Part shown: piece after piece, positions 13,846 through 26,600 of the stretch
Numbering within the stretch: the stretch's first letter is position 1
Layout of the letters: every line of letters starts with the position of its first letter
Origin: Botryllus schlosseri
Lineage: Eukaryota
DNA: 64,000 bases
Assembly (NCBI GenBank): GCA_051294905.1
Contig: CM119378.1
Coordinates: forward strand, 2,420,001-2,484,000
Reading direction: 5' to 3'
Position numbers and translations under genes: made by a program
The notes under the pieces: generated by a model
What the model saw: the letters and a program-made list of their open reading frames with translations, nothing else
The model's database searches: none
Told to the model about the DNA's origin: nothing

Positions 13846-15281
13846 TGTTAGGTTTTGTAAGATGTCGATATTTCGGATGCAATGGCGATAGCATTTTCCA
13901 ATACTCAATTTTGACACGGGTAAAACAGATCACTGATTGAGTTGAGTTTCAAATCATTTTGTGAATTCTTTGACATACTACACCCGAGAAACACTTAAAA
14001 TTAATGAAGATAACATATTACCATGTCTAGGTGAGCTTGAGATAAAATCACCTTGATTCTGGGGTGGAAAATTAACACAGTGATTGTATATCGTGGTGTA
14101 ATATTGTCATAAACAGTCAGTTGGGTGTTGAGCGCCGACATCCGCCTTGCGAAACGGTGCATCCTCGTATTACATTTGCGATATAACTACCATAGTAAAT
14201 AATTGGACTCGACAGGATACCCGAGTCATTTGTCCCACAGAATATGAACTCCTTTTACAGTTAAATAAAAAAGACAGGTCGTTGGAACATAAATATAACC
14301 AGGATTTATTTAGGTTGCTGGTTACAGTGATTTATGCTCATGCAACCTTTGTTTTTTTTAATCATATACATACACTGTTTGAGTTTGTCGAGTAAGGTGC
14401 GGTGTAAGTGATATTTCAGTAATTGAATCTGTTGGGTTGTAACATGTCGACATGTTGGGACGCAAAGGTGATACCATATCCAGAAACTCAATTTTGACAC
14501 AGGAAAAAACCGGATCACTGATCGAGTGGCATGGTTTCAACCCTTGATACTGCTGTTTGGTGGCCTTGATTAGTGTAAACGATTAGGCTTGTGAAATATT
14601 AGCTGATAATCACATCATAAGATTCTGCAACACAGCATCACGATATATTGCAATATATCACATGGATTCGCTTGAGATAAGATCATCTGGATTTCGGATG
14701 TGAAAATTAACACAGTGATTGTATATCCACGCGTAATAATTCTGTCATACAGAGTCAGTTTGGTGTTGAGCGATTGTAGATTTATCATGTCTACTTAGCG
14801 CAAGAGCCGTGCATTTTAACGCGTGCATGGTTAGTCCTATACATGCAGCTTGTCAAACTTTGATTCCCCGTATCACATTTACCACAGGTATTTATTGGAC
14901 TCGGCAGGATACCATAGTCATTTGTCTCCGCAGAATATGTAGGTCACTTCGCATTAAAACACCTGTTTTACGCTCACGGATTGCTTCTAGTCCAACCTGT
15001 TCCACGGGAAGCAATTCGCGTAGTGATTTCAGTGGACAGGATACCATAGTCATTTGTCTCCGCAGAATATGTAGGTCACTTCGCATTAAAACACCTGTTT
15101 TCAAAATCGATCGCGGGAAGCGCACAATGACGCTTTTTCGAAGCTCCGTAGGTCGATTTTCGACTGCTAGCTAGCTCAAAATGCACCGTTTCTGACTTCC
15201 GAAATGCGACATTTGTGACTCGAAATACAACATTCTTGACTTCCGGTATTTTACGCCTCGCCAGCGAGCGATTACACTACT
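13846..15281 (-). repeat. Right terminal inverted repeat (1436 bp)
   Basis: Reverse complement of 7008-8443. Confidence 0.97.
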
Positions 15282-15814
15282 TACGCTGACTATGCCTACA
15301 TGTGGCGTTTTTCGTACTTGAAGTTGTGTGATTACGGGTCAAGCTCACAGCAGAGAGTCACTAAATATTCATAAACTGAGAGCTGGATATTTCGAGCAAA
15401 CGTTTGTAACCAGGCAAGTAAAATATTTGAGATTGACAAGGTGCATGGTCGTTTACAGTTGATTTTTCATTCTGCCAGCACCATGCATAGAGTGGCCCGA
15501 AGTTGAAATGTAAAGAATTTAAACCAAAGAGGTTGTGATGACTTGAAAATTGTAATAAATGATAAAGGTTCACAGTGCAGAACCTACCAAGGTTCGTTTG
15601 TGAAGGTGAATCTCTAAATTTGTGTGGTTCACACACAGAACGCGAACCCGAACCTCACGTTCACCTTCACACCATCCCTCTTACCTAGCACACGCGCGAA
15701 TCGGTTTTTCCAAGTACAGCGCTAAAAGTTAGAAACTTGCTGGAGTGGCCAATGTAAAATTACACTCGTGATCCGAAAGTTATTCCTGGTTTGATTTTCT
15801 ATGATGTTTTGCAG

Positions 15815-15995
15815 TTTGTTTGTTGCTTTGTGATATTGATGGTGTTTGTCGACTATATACTATGGGTCATTTACACCACGCCGATATTCCTTATTTTTGA
15901 TTCCGTATCTGCCGACTTGTAGCACGACCCACTTCTAGGCATTTCATAAGACGGATGAGATGGCGAGGGGGGGCCTAGATATACCTGCAACACGT
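15815..15995 (-). mobile_element. Degenerate 3' part of the SINE family seen at 11563
   Basis: Reverse complement matches acaagtcggcag...ggaa...aataag...atatcggc...tgtaaatgacc...gtcgacaaacaccat and the CAAA tail. Confidence 0.7.
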
Positions 15996-16383
15996 ATAGT
16001 AAAAATATAACATATAAATATCGTGGGGAAATATAATAAGAAACATTTAATCGAGTTCCTGCAGTAATTTGGTTTTCGGTACGCCTTTTATCAATATTTT
16101 TAATACGTTTCTTGAGCCTTTCGCGGACCGCACAAAACGGCCCATGATGGATCTGATTGAAGGACCACTCAAACCCGTTTCGACACCATCCCCATATACC
16201 TCGTGATTTTATCGCAATCTTGCGAGGTTTGGAATTGACGAAAATAATAAGAATTCCGACAATATATCCATCCGATTAACTGCTGAAAGTAAGTGTCTAT
16301 TGTACCAATTTTACTTTTTGGAACAACTTGAGCGTTACGTGGAGTAGTTTTGACATGTTTGGAAACCGCTACTTCTACTACGG

Positions 16384-16663
16384 CAGTGGTTATCAAACAA
16401 GGGCGCGCCCCCTTTGGAGGGCTTGAAAGCATCTGAGGGGGTTGCGAAGCTGCGGTTCATGTCCAATTCATAGTTATTGTTCTGTATATAGTCCGAATTT
16501 CATATATGAGAATTCTCTCACCAACAGTCATAACTTTCCATGCCATCAAACTACCCGTTGGGATTGTTAGCATTCTGGTTGCATTTTGCGATATGACGAT
16601 AAGGGGGAGCGAAATTTTTCACTATCATAAAGAGGGGCGTGTGACAAAATTTGAGAACCACTG
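16384..16663. mobile_element. hAT-type MITE (CAGTGGTTCTCAA family)
   Basis: TIR CAGTGGTTATCAAA / TTTGAGAACCACTG. Degenerate TSD TACTACGG/TACTAGAG. Confidence 0.7.
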
Positions 16664-16761
16664 TACTAGAGAGTAAGTTCTCTGACCTTCTGGATTCCCC
16701 ACCTTCACCTTAGGTATAGCTTTAACATGTTTGGAAACATCTATAGCAAATTCTGCTAGAG

Positions 16762-16835
16762 CAGGGGTCGCCAACTCAGAACGGATCGCGAGCCACTTTT
16801 CAAATCTCGCAGGGGCCACGTGTTGATGACCCCTG
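16762..16835. mobile_element. 74-bp miniature hAT-type MITE
   Basis: TIR CAGGGGTCGCCAAC / GTTGATGACCCCTG. Perfect 8-bp TSD TGCTAGAG (16754-16761, 16836-16843). Confidence 0.85.
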
Positions 16836-17566
16836 TGCTAGAGTAACTTCCTTGCTATTGCCTGCCCACATTCACACTGACTTTCTACATGTCCATTTGC
16901 TCAGAGTTGCGCCTGAATATAGCATACGGCAGTGCTCTTTAACCTTTTTCGTCGTGGTACACCCTTTTGCCGTTTTCTCAAAACTCGTAACCCTGACAAT
17001 ATAATACACCGATACCACGGAAAGCCGGATTTCGACTACATATATAGCACACGGTCGCATTCCAGCGGAGAGTCGTGATGGCCCATGGACGACAAATACT
17101 CATATGAAATTGGCTACTGAGAATTTGGCACTTCGAAAAGAGCCCTTGTGGTGTTTTGTGCTGTCACTGATTTCTTGAGGTATGCCTTGAGTACAAATTT
17201 TTCTGATTGTAGAAGCAAAACATCCCCGCATGCTTACTATATATAATATATGCACCAACATCGCGAATATAAATGTCAGGAAGAGTCACTAGAATTACGT
17301 TTGTAGTCGCGCGGAGCGCGAACATTTTGTCCCTGGAATGACTTCCGTCAATAACGTTGATAGTTTCACATATTACAGTCAAAATTTTATTCATTCTCAG
17401 CACACATGATCAGATTAACCCGTAGAGCTGATGGAGGGGTGTCTTCGAAAAATTTGGGCAGAAAATTAATGATGATGCATCTTCCGGCTTATATTAATCA
17501 CTTTGTTGCATGTCGTTATTTCTTGACCTCCCAAGGATTGTCGGTATAGTCAAAATATATTAGAAC

Positions 17567-17763
17567 TAATGTTCCCTCTAAGCTGCTAAGCTGCACACGC
17601 GCGCAGTTGCGCGGTGCTGACTCTCTGCGCACAGAAAATCTAAGCTGCGCTCAAAAAATCCGAAGTGGTGACCTTTTTTTAGTCGTTACGCAATGTTATC
17701 CAAGGGACCGCGCAGCGAGTTGGTGAGTGCGCGCAGACTCTTGAAAAATTAAAGGGAACATTG
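17567..17763. mobile_element. hAT-type MITE
   Basis: TIR TAATGTTCCCTCTAA / TTAAAGGGAACATTG. TSD ATTAGAAC/ATTGGAAC (7/8). GCGCA subterminal repeats. Confidence 0.8.
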
Positions 17764-18371
17764 ATTGGAACCACCCAAACGTAACAGAAAAATCTTCATT
17801 CGTGAGACGCGCATGATTCCAACTTGGTATTTTATTATGGGGCGCGTCATTGTCCTCTACGGTTCGCATATGTACGGTGGAGCTCAAATTGCGAGGGCAC
17901 TAATACATTAAAAACAAAAAGTCCAAGTCAACTCGAATTCAGCCGAGCGCGGAGAAAATTGAATTAAAATCTCTCAAAGTTTTGGGAACAAATTCGTAAA
18001 TTCAAATTGCTTAATGACGACCGTCAACACACGCTAATTTAAATATGTGTAGACGACCGCATAATTATGGTCTTGCGGCTGAATGCGGCCGTATACGTCC
18101 GCAGGTTGAGCACCCCTGGCCTAATCGAAAAAGGGATTTGGATAAGGATTTGAGCAAGGATACAACGTATAGGAAAGGCTAAATATTAATATGGGCTCGA
18201 CGATACCGAACCACAATTTAACACAGTGGTTCTCAAACTCGACCGATTGAGACCTCTGGCTATACGCACAATCATGCAATCATGTATTGTGAGCTATTTA
18301 TAAGCTTGCCACAGCTGGAAGCACCAATTCAACATGCATGAGCTATCGAGGTAGTATCGCAAGCTCTAAAA

Positions 18372-18750
18372 GCGGGGACGTAGCGTAGTGGTGACGATAG
18401 GCGCCTACAAATCTGGCGGACTCGGTTCGAAACCCGTGGGAGGTTTACCTGGGCTCCTCTTCCTCCGCCGTTGCCGTTCTTACGGCGACAAAAAATCCTA
18501 TAGAAAAAGACCCGACGAAAGAAAGCACTCAATAGGAATGGAAAGAACTAGTAGAAAAGGCCGCGGCTTCAAAAAGATCAACATCGAAGAGAACTATGAC
18601 ATCGGGCACTCTAGGCGGAGGTGGAGGATCGTTACTGATACGTGTCGTTCGACATCCTCCTATCTGTTCATGACATCGCATTGTGTCTTATCGCATTGTA
18701 CATTGTGTGTGACTTGTTCAAATGAAAAATATAACTCATAGATTATTATA
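18372..18750 (+). mobile_element. tRNA-derived SINE
   Basis: A box TAGCGTAGTGG, B box GGTTCGAAACCC. Body homologous to 52672-53071 (atcgaag..cac..gaggtgga..tcgttcg.catc..tatctgttcat.acatcgcattgt). Confidence 0.75.
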
Positions 18751-20634
18751 AAGCAGGTAATAAGTCTATTACCAAAGATCAAGTGAGGAGAAACATTTGC
18801 TTATGACATCACAAAAGGATTATAATTTACAAGCTGCATAGTGCATACAGTTAATATGTTAACATTGTACGATATTGCAAATCCAGCCAACCCAGTTCTG
18901 AAACATAAATCTGCCTATTTATTGTGATAGCTAGTCATCGGTTCATTATAATGCGGATCTGGTACACCCCTGTACACCCGATCGAGTGGTATACACTACA
19001 CCCTTTGAAAATTATGGTTCACTTTGGGGTGTACGATACACCAGGTTGAAGAACCCTGGCATACGGTATAGCTATAACCATATATAGGTTGCGAAGACGT
19101 AATGCCTTGGTTACCTATGCCGTTGGAATCACTTGTAAATTGCCAGGCAGAGATGTCAGTGTACGTATAACAATTTGTGGCAATTCAGTGTCTCGATCTT
19201 CCGGCGAATGAAGCTACTGTTCCGGCGTAACTCACGCCATGGCTCACGCTCCTTTTGTAAACTTCCGCCGTATGGCTGCCGGTCAGACGTAACATAACTA
19301 TCGTGTTCTCCAATTTTACTACATTCCCGACAAGGTGGGTGCGTGTTTGATTGATCCACTTATCCAAATATAGCTGGTCTATACTTCGCAGTTTTAAGTA
19401 TATTATAAACCAGAAATTTCTGCATATGGCGCATTTGTATGTAGTATATAGCAGTAGGCCTATAGCCTGACATTCAGAAACAGAACCGAGCTAAGTATAC
19501 CCATCCCTCAATTTCGACAAAGACTTAGTGATATTCAACATATTTATTTTCAAAAAAGAATAAATGATAAGTCTAATGCACAGAATTCGACGATGCGGCT
19601 GTTCCAATTTGGAATATTACATTACGAACAGAGCTGAGCTTTAGGCACAGTACGACGAGGAAATCAAATGATGCATCCAACCGTTTCGTCGAAGAGTCCA
19701 CCATCGCGCTCTAATAAATATTTGTAAATACAGTACACAACATTTTTAATAATAATTTAACGAAGCTCAGAACATTTAGTATCAGAGAGGAAAGACGATC
19801 TTCGAATTTACACAAGACACCGAACAACGTGCGACACGCGCACATACATTTCGTTGTCATGGATGTGCTATCTAATTTTCATCCGTATTTATATAATTGT
19901 GCTGACCTGATTGCGATTAAGGGCTACGTCTTGCGCATTTTGACTTCCTTAAAAGTTAGAAGGCGGAAAAATAGTTGGCTTAGAGCGAATTGAGTTTTGT
20001 CTGGTAGCGATAAAAAAAACGAGAAATTACACACGAAAAATATATCAATTTCATATTTTGCTTCGAACATTTCGCCAGTGCGAATAAGGATTGCATCGTA
20101 GCTAAAAGACTCAGATCGTGTTTTTTCGAGTTGTCGCCTAGTATATATACAAGTTTCTGCGAATGGAGACGGTACGTTATCCATGATTCGATCAGCCTGC
20201 GAACACGCGTGGAAAATGTAAGCTGTTCCAGATGCAGCCTATGTACTTGTACACTGTACGTACATTGGCCCACATTGTAAGTTTTCGGCTGCGGTTGAAG
20301 ACAGTACGTTATCCGAAAGTGGCATTTCGATTAGCCTGCCGAAAACGCGTGTGAAATGTAGGCTGTTACATTGTACCAGCAGTTCAGTACACACGAAACA
20401 CAGTGCTTTCTGCGGTGCAGAAGCCTAGACACACGTCTCTGAAGCTTTGTGCACATACACAGCGCCATAACCAAGTTCGTTTTCGCCAAAACCATCGACA
20501 GCCTGATAGCAAAACCATTGTAACTTCGCCGACGAATCCACGCCTTGCCGCGTATATTATGACGCTGTCGTGCTCGACTATGACGTCACATTGTCCATTA
20601 CTGTGTCACTCTCCAGTAACACGACGTTATCTTT

Positions 20635-23600
20635 TCAAACAGTCATGTTACTGTCTGTGAAGCACTGCACCGGGAATGTTTGCCTGCTGCCTTGAGAATC
20701 GTTAGAGTCTGAGATAAGGCTGCTGCCGGAGTCGCTGGCTTGCAGAGACGCGACATCCGGGTCTCGACGGTTGTTGCCGGACACTAACGGGGTCTGGACA
20801 GATTCGAGTTGCGCTCTCTTTTCGTTCAGGCTTCGCAGTTCCAAGATGTGGTTGCCGAATATAGGCCGGCGGGTCTCTTGGAATTTCTGTAAAAGAGTAG
20901 AACACCTTTAATCAAGATCCCCACTGTTATAGAGTCGGTAATATCATTCTTATATCTACGAAAGGGCAACACGAAGCAGTTTGCTGAAGCTGACAAAACT
21001 CGTACATATGCAATATACGTAGTACTACTTTATAGTTTAGAACTAGATAAACAGCATACGTGGCCAAAATATAGTCAGCCAAGCTAGTAGCTACTCTGGT
21101 TGGAATAACTATTTCGAAGGCACGTCAAAACTATTTCCAGTGGAAGTATAGTAAATGCAATGTCCGATATGTCGATTCGCGATCGATATGAAAACCCACC
21201 TCAGATAACGTTCGTCCTTTGGCCGTTACCAATTTGTAGATGGCGAACAGCGGTACGCACATGAACGAAGACATTGTTAACAACCATCCGACGCACTGCG
21301 CCCATGACGGGTAGTCATATCCTTCGTACGAGTACGGTTTGTAGTTTACGAAATAGTACACGCAGATGATCTGAAATTGAGATTCGGGTGATGAGAAAAG
21401 GATTGCTATTAACTATTAAGCTACACATTTGCACAATAATCTAATTCTAATCAAAAGTGTGAAATGTTTCTATGCTCTCGCCTCTAATGTTAATTTTTAA
21501 AAGTGGATTAGAATTCGATTTATAGCTCCGCAGTTATATCCGATTTCCAATTATCCAAGAAAAGACCACTCACCGTAGTTAGCGACGGAGTGACATACAT
21601 GATGCAGTACTTGAACGCGTTGGGCACTCTGTAACCGATCATGAGCTTGATGTCTTCCATGAAGTTTTCCATTCCGTACACGTGTCCAATGGCCACGGCT
21701 TCCACGACCGCCAAGAACAGCATGGTCGTACCACCGACTGCGTAGTTGTTGAACAGCTCGAAGATGTAGACTCCGCTCTGGGGTAGGAAATATTATTATG
21801 GATAACTAACTTATAAGATCGCTAAGATTGCTAATCTCCCGTAGTTAGATATCTACATTACAATTGTTGAAATTCCAATTCTCTGCCCTTGGCGAGAGTC
21901 AGCCGAAAATATCCGGGCAGGCTCATTGAGTTCAATATGAATATGCCATTCAATTATAATAAATCCAGTTAGAAGTTGTATCTTGATGAATTCATCAAAT
22001 GACAACGGAAAGTATTCAGTATATCGTCATAGGCGGTCAACATTGTCAGCGGTAGTACTCAAGCAGCAGTAACGCGATGTTTACACTAAAGTAGAAGTTT
22101 AGCTGTATCCAAGTCATGTCAAAATACTTCAATTGGATCCTGACCATATCATGGATCTTAGACAGAGAAATCACATAGGGAAAGATTGTAAATGGCAGAC
22201 CGGTGCAATCTTGGTTCAACTACCTAGCCATATAATATACTCACCTTCAACATGAATGGGATTCCGAGAAGCATGTACACCACGGTCAGCGCAAGAGTGA
22301 GAAGCTCCCGTCCGTATTTGATCTTCTTAAAAGTGGACTCGTACGCGTCTACGATCACAGTTGTGACTACTTCCATTCCAGAAAACTACAAATGTGGTCA
22401 ATAAGTCTATAATGCGGGACTATAAAGTTCATTTGGATACTGTGATAACTACACCGGGCCTTACGCTACTACCGAAAAAAGTGAGCATTCACAGCCATGT
22501 ACCACATTTGATATGCAGGTGTGAATATACACCAGCGGTTATAAATTCTACACCCCCCTGTTGAATTAAAATATTGTTTGACTTATACCGTGGTGTGAGT
22601 CTGAGGTAGGTTCTGTTGTCGCGTAACACCTTTCGGGTGTGAACACACACTCTTTTCGTAGCCGATATTTTCTACATCAGATGTATAGGACTATAGACAA
22701 GAGTCCAATCTACATCAAAGAGGTGATGCGTATCATAATACTTGAAGAGATTCTTGGATGTACAGAAATTCAACATACAATTGAATAACCTAGTTAGTGA
22801 GCTACAGTGACTTACCTGACTGTCAATTCCGAGGATGATAATGAGAAAGAAGAACAGCGCGTTCCATAAATGAGGAAGAGGCATCAGCGACAAAGCAGTC
22901 GGGAATGCGATAAACACAAGTCCAGGACCTACACATCACAACGACATTGTGAGACAATGACAAACATGGACTCTTGACAGTTTACACTACACTTTCGTGG
23001 CATTAGTACCAAAATTTGGTTCGTAGCAACACTGGGAACGATATATCAAGCCCTGTTTGATTACCAGAAGAGGTCAAAGTAGTCACCGCTGATACTCAAG
23101 TAGACGATTTTAGGCAAGTACAACTAGAAATAGCGATTTCATGGTAAGTAAAAAAGCCTAGTTTTGGGTAAAAATACTGAAATCTAACATGTAGAAGTGT
23201 AAGAAATCGAAAATCGCAACCACTTGACCAATTATTCCATCTCTCTCGATCACCAGAGAATAATCAGCAAAGTTAAATTCTGTCAGTTGTTACTCACCAT
23301 CCAAATCCAAGGTCAAATCGGTGACGTTAACGTTTTGCACGTACGCCAAGTTTCCGATCACGGTAAAGATAGCGAACCCGTTCAAGAACGACGTTAAGCT
23401 GCACGAGGCGACCAACTTTATCGCATGCCTGGTAAATAAGATGAAGGGAAATGCAAGACGCACAAGCATATAGATGTCATTAAGTCTGTAATATCTTGGA
23501 CAAGTCCACTCTAATTAGACTAATTTAGGGGTGCCATATTTTCGTGGCTCAAAAACCGGACTCTCTTGTGTGTCCGCTAGGCTAGGGGTTAAAAATCACG

Positions 23601-26600
23601 TGCGAATACATTGTATGTTAATACGACGTCACAATAGCAATGTTTAGTTAGTCAGGTGAATACTAAATAGTGACTAAAACACAATTTGACCAAATTCCGG
23701 ACATTTAGACATATCTTAGCAATTCCTCGCGGACGCATTGAGATCACTCAAATTCCGCACACGTCCGGGAAAATCCAAACGTATGGCATGGCAACCCTAG
23801 ACTAATTAGAGCGAAATGCTGGTAATATAATTTGTTAAATAGTTCTATGCTCAGATTGCTCACATATTAATTCTAATCCAATTTCTGGTTTTCCGGAAAA
23901 TGCTACGAGAGAACTGTATAGTGCAGAGATATTTGATCGCTATTTTACAGTGATGTTCGGAAAACTAAAACTTACTTGTAACAATCTTGCTTGAAGTCGT
24001 TGAAACTGGCGAACGTGATCAAAGTGGAAAAGCAGATACCGTACGAGTATACAATTTGACTTGCAGCATCCACCCACACCTAAAGAATCGATATACACAT
24101 AGTTGTGAAAGGATACAGGGTCTACTTTCATAAAGTACTGATAACTTGAGTTCCGGTGAACCCCCAACACTGACTCAGGGCACCCCTAGGGTTCGTATGA
24201 ACCCCAGTTGAAAATCACTACCATAGCTCAATATTAACTAAAATAATATCAACTAGCTTGTCAGTTTATCGGTGTTGGTGAATTTCACTATAATCTGATA
24301 ACTGTGCAATCGCAATCACACGAGAAGATGGTTTAGTATGCTTACCTGCGGGTCCCTCAATCTTGTGATGTTAGGCTGCAAGTAATATCTCACTCCATCA
24401 ATGGCGCCTGGTAGCGTGCATCCTTTCACCAATAGAATGAGCAGCACAACGTACGGAAACGTAGCGGTGAAGTAGACAACCTAGATAAACGAATAACGAG
24501 CTGTCATTTAGATCCATTACTATGATCTATTTTTTATCAGGATTTGATTTGATAGCATGGCAGCAAGAATGCTTAATAAACTAAGTGTGCAATTCGTACC
24601 TTTCCGGTAGACTTCACACCTTTGAAGGTGCAGAAATAGCAGATGACCCACGATCCGATGTAGCAGAGAATCAGAGGCCAGTTGCCGAAATCGCCCGGCT
24701 CGTGGAAGCCTTCTGATCTTCTCAGAACGAATTCACTGCAAAAACGTGGAACGGTTTAGACTCAAGTTATGAAAGTATTTGTATAAAATACAATATCAGC
24801 CCAATATTCTGCCAATAATACGACATGGTAGCATATAACACAGCTAACTTACTTCCAGTATTCCACGACTGCCAAAGTCTGTTTTTCGTCAGTGTGATTC
24901 AGAGCGGACACGTTAAAAGGTGCAGTGGTCACGTTGAACAGAGAGCTGTTATCAGAACCTGGGATTTGTGAGTCGTACCGCACACAACTCTCTGTGTTCC
25001 ACCAGTTATCTGCGTGCAAGAAAGTCCAGTTTAGACACGACGGTATCATACTGTGCGTACAGAGCATTACGACATAATCACTGCTTGTTTCAGTAACTGC
25101 GGTCTTTCGGGGAGAAGGGTTAAGGGTCGATTTCAGGGAGGCAAACATCGAATCACTTTATCGCGGGACAGTATAACGGCGGTGAATATGTCGTAAAATC
25201 ACAAACAGAATGCAGGGAAACTTTTGCGACACAATTAAGTCGGGATTTGCCACCGAAAGCCAAATTTCGCGACCAATCGGAAATTTACAATGTCCAATTC
25301 AGCCTATCTTTACGAATTGTGCGGTTTAACTGTTTTAGTTTTGGATGTCAGCGGCAAATATGGAAAGACGAAGCTGGAAGGTTAGGCCCGTGTTGTTTTT
25401 CCTGGTAGGAGTTGAAATTATTTAACGTTATCGCCCACATTACATCAACAGGAGTAAGGTATGTGGGTTGTAACAAGCTCTGCAAATTTCCATGACCAAT
25501 GGAAACACACCAGTGTTTAACATAAGTCGACAAGCCAAATTTATAGTGCATACATCAATGAAAGACACGGGAGGAGTATGGGCCAAGGTACTTCCAACTT
25601 CCAGTACGCACAAAAAGAATAGCGCGTTCGCACGGTGTCGGGTAGGTTGAAATATTGTTCAAAATACATGTCAGCTCACTTACGAGCTTTTGTGTACACA
25701 ACACAAGCAAATTGGAGCGTTGATATTTCACAGTACCCGCAACCATGCCAACCACTGTAATATACACATTGATTCGTACAGAACTTCCGCGGTACAATCG
25801 GTAATCTTCCTAATTCCAGATAAGGAGGAACTTCAACCACCAGCTCCCGTCAACTACTGTATACGAAATACGAAAGTACTTCACGTTACTAACGTGCGGA
25901 TGTGCGGTCACCCACAACATGAATACCATAATGACTTTACTGGATAAGTGGATAATCAGTTACCAGGAAGACGGGGGCGTTGAATCAACTATATACCAAC
26001 GTAGTTTCGAAATGTGTCATTCATAAACTACCGTATTTATTGAAGATATATGCAAATTTCCCAACTGGCGTCGAAATATGACAAATCTTAATGCGTGCTG
26101 GAGCATTTTATAAGCAATATGTCCAATGGAAACAGATGCTTAAAGTACTAGTAGTCACGATACATGAAATCTCATTGATTGAAAGTCATACAAGCCTATA
26201 CGACTTGATCTAGAGAAGGACTCCAAGAAAATTCAAATAGGCTACATGACGAAGTTTCTGTGGGCTTGGATTGTAAATGTGGACATGGTTTGACGGAAAT
26301 TGGTGGTGATCACTCTCTCCATATTGGAATAAGCAAGACAACGCCATTGAACAGCCGAAGAGAATTACACGCGCAAAAAAGTTTCATCCTGAACAGAACT
26401 TGGGAAATAAACGTTCGTACTACAGAACTAAGAACCTGTTTTGGGAGGATAAAACATGCAAATGCGCAGAATTGCAGATACGAACGCACAATGGCTTCAT
26501 CTAAAGAAATATGAACCAGTTGTTATGTTATAGTCGGCAAAATAGAGCAAGAGCTGGATTTGGCGTTTCGTGAAGTGCTTGGTGTCCGGCAGGGTGGCCT

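Larger units (their letters stand above)
7008..15281. mobile_element. Non-autonomous Polinton/Maverick-like element (8274 bp)
   Basis: 1436-bp TIRs (7008-8443 / 13846-15281; coordinate sum constant at 22289; mirrored ORFs translate identically). Termini 5'-AGTAGTG...CACTACT-3'. 6-bp TSD TACGCT (7002-7007, 15282-15287). No internal ORF longer than 147 aa. Confidence 0.85.
6401..15680. mobile_element. ~1.0-kb hAT-type non-autonomous element split by the Polinton-like insertion (pieces 6401-7007 and 15288-15680)
   Basis: Imperfect TIR TAGGGGTGGTTTGAA / TTCACACCATCCCTC. 8-bp TSD CTACCTAG (6393-6400) / TTACCTAG (15681-15688). GAACC/GGTTC subterminal repeats at both ends. Confidence 0.75.

Noticed and set aside
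20166..20370. Diverged ~65-bp direct repeat in the presumed SLC6 3' UTR
   Set aside because: Two degenerate copies only, with no structural or functional signal.
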